Virus record (IMG/VR): IMGVR_UViG_3300013105_000003
Coordinates: 61,232 to 125,231 of that record
Source of the DNA: a virus
Taxonomy: Duplodnaviria > Caudoviricetes
Strand: one strand, 5' to 3'
DNA: 64,000 bases
Part shown: positions 62,803-64,000 of the stretch, piece after piece
How the letters are laid out: each line of letters begins with the position of its first letter
Numbering within the stretch: position 1 is the stretch's first letter
Translations under genes and position numbers: made by a program
The notes under the pieces: model-generated
Database searches by the model: none
What the model saw: the letters and a program-made list of their open reading frames with translations, nothing else
Told to the model about the DNA's origin: nothing

Positions 62803-64000
62803 TGGTAAGCGTATCTCAGACAATTGCTTGGTTTGATGACTGGATTGGGTACAGAGACAACTCCGGTACTAAGATATGGATGCTTGGTAAGGAACCTCAC
62901 TGGCCTGGGTCAGCTTTCTGTGGAAAGACACAAGAAGTATGTTGTAATCAGCTTGGTCTTACTCTACTTCCTACTACTGATGCACGTGTTGTGTATGTTC
63001 CCCACGTTGTGGAAGATGCTAAGGCTGCTAACAAGTGGATTACTTCTTACAAATCTCATACTGGTGACTGGGTGATCTTTGACTGGTTGTACTCAGGACG
63101 TAGAGATGGTCTAGCTGACCACATTGGTATGATTCTTCGCAATGACCCCTCACTTCCCTATGTTGATACTATTGAGGGTAATACTAACGATGCTAGTAAC
63201 AATGGTCCTCGTGGTATCTTTGTTCGTAGACGCTGGCGAGTAGACATTCTAGGGTGTGTTGACAGACAACATGCCTACTCAAACAACGTTACTCCTGTCA
63301 CTCCAGTTCTTCCTGTAAGCGCAGATCAAGACCTCAATAAGTGGCTAGACGAGACTCACCGTAAAGCCCTTCAGGCTGCTCTACAGGTAGACGTAGACGG
63401 TATCGTCGGCAAGGACACTATCACAGCTTTGCAGAAGAAGATAGGTACTGCTGCTGACGGTGTTATCTCTGCTCCTGCTTCTAGGGTTGTAGTAGCTCTT
63501 CAGCAGAAGCTTGGTTTGCCAAAGAGTGAACAAGATGGTATCCTTGGACCAAAAACGGGTGTTGCGCTTGAGACATTTATTGATAACGGTGGGTTTGCTA
63601 CTCCAGTAATTCCTACTCCCAAGCCTGTTCCTCTACCTACTCCTCCAAAGCCAGCACCTAAACCAAAGCCAAAACCTGTTGTCACGAAGTTGACTGTTGA
63701 CGGTGTTGCTGGAGTTGCTACCATTAAGGCTCTTCAGAAGTATGTCGGAACAACTCAGGATGGTGTTATCTCTGGTCAGGATGCAGGCTGGCACAAGTGT
63801 TTCCCTGCAGCTAATTGGACGACTATAAAGACCCAGCCTCCTGGCAAGGCTGAGGGTTCCCTTGCTATAGTTGCGCTGCAGAAGAAGCTACGACTCAAGT
63901 CAGACGGTATCATAGGCTCAGGTACTGCCAAGGCTATCCAGAGGTGGCTAGGAGTATCACAGGATGGTATAATGGGCGTAAGAACAGTGAAAGCTCTCCA
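62802..64000 (+). CDS. Endolysin: CHAP domain plus repeated peptidoglycan-binding units; 3'-truncated and absent from the ORF track
   Basis: Translated by hand: MVSVSQTIAW...AFCG...GDWVIFDW...DHIG...TIEGNT, then DG..G..T..ALQ repeats and a Pro/Lys linker. Confidence 0.88.
   Translation, partial: MVSVSQTIAWFDDWIGYRDNSGTKIWMLGKEPHWPGSAFCGKTQEVCCNQLGLTLLPTTDARVVYVPHVVEDAKAANKWITSYKSHTGDWVIFDWLYSGRRDGLADHIGMILRNDPSLPYVDTIEGNTNDASNNGPRGIFVRRRWRVDILGCVDRQHAYSNNVTPVTPVLPVSADQDLNKWLDETHRKALQAALQVDVDGIVGKDTITALQKKIGTAADGVISAPASRVVVALQQKLGLPKSEQDGILGPKTGVALETFIDNGGFATPVIPTPKPVPLPTPPKPAPKPKPKPVVTKLTVDGVAGVATIKALQKYVGTTQDGVISGQDAGWHKCFPAANWTTIKTQPPGKAEGSLAIVALQKKLRLKSDGIIGSGTAKAIQRWLGVSQDGIMGVRTVKAL

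Overview
64 kb of a large lytic dsDNA phage genome (roughly mid-40s % GC by eye) infecting an actinobacterium, as indicated by Lsr2-, ClgR-, Rpf- and Rv2179c-like genes and by leaderless SigA-type promoters. 1-30.4 kb (+) holds metabolism, repair and translation genes (class II RNR, GGQ release-factor domain, thioredoxin, split SbcC and SbcD, RNA ligase, exoribonuclease, deaminase), tRNAs, a displaced tail/receptor-binding module and many small hypothetical genes. 30.4-44.5 kb is a compositionally distinct, divergently transcribed early-type region ending in a non-coding, repeat-rich stretch that probably contains a genome terminus. 44.5-61.8 kb (-) holds a GT2 synthase, PncA/NadR/PnuC NAD salvage genes, Rpf, Thg1, dCMP deaminase, a tRNA/ncRNA cluster, beta clamp, a PD-(D/E)xK nuclease and ThyX. 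A structured non-coding gap follows, then the start of a CHAP endolysin. The most unusual signals are non-coding: (1) arrays of near-consensus operators for several unrelated host regulators (CRP/GlxR, IdeR/DtxR, Fur/Zur, IclR-like), next to an array of SigA-like promoters that all lack the invariant -7 T; (2) a 6-kb zone saturated with CTACGGT; (3) several rebuilt tRNA-like RNAs (D-arm-permuted tRNA-Ile(UAU), an anticodon-less tRNA, a mini-tRNA, a long-arm tRNA-Asn) and large structured ORF-free RNAs. All calls are by manual inspection; no database searches were run.
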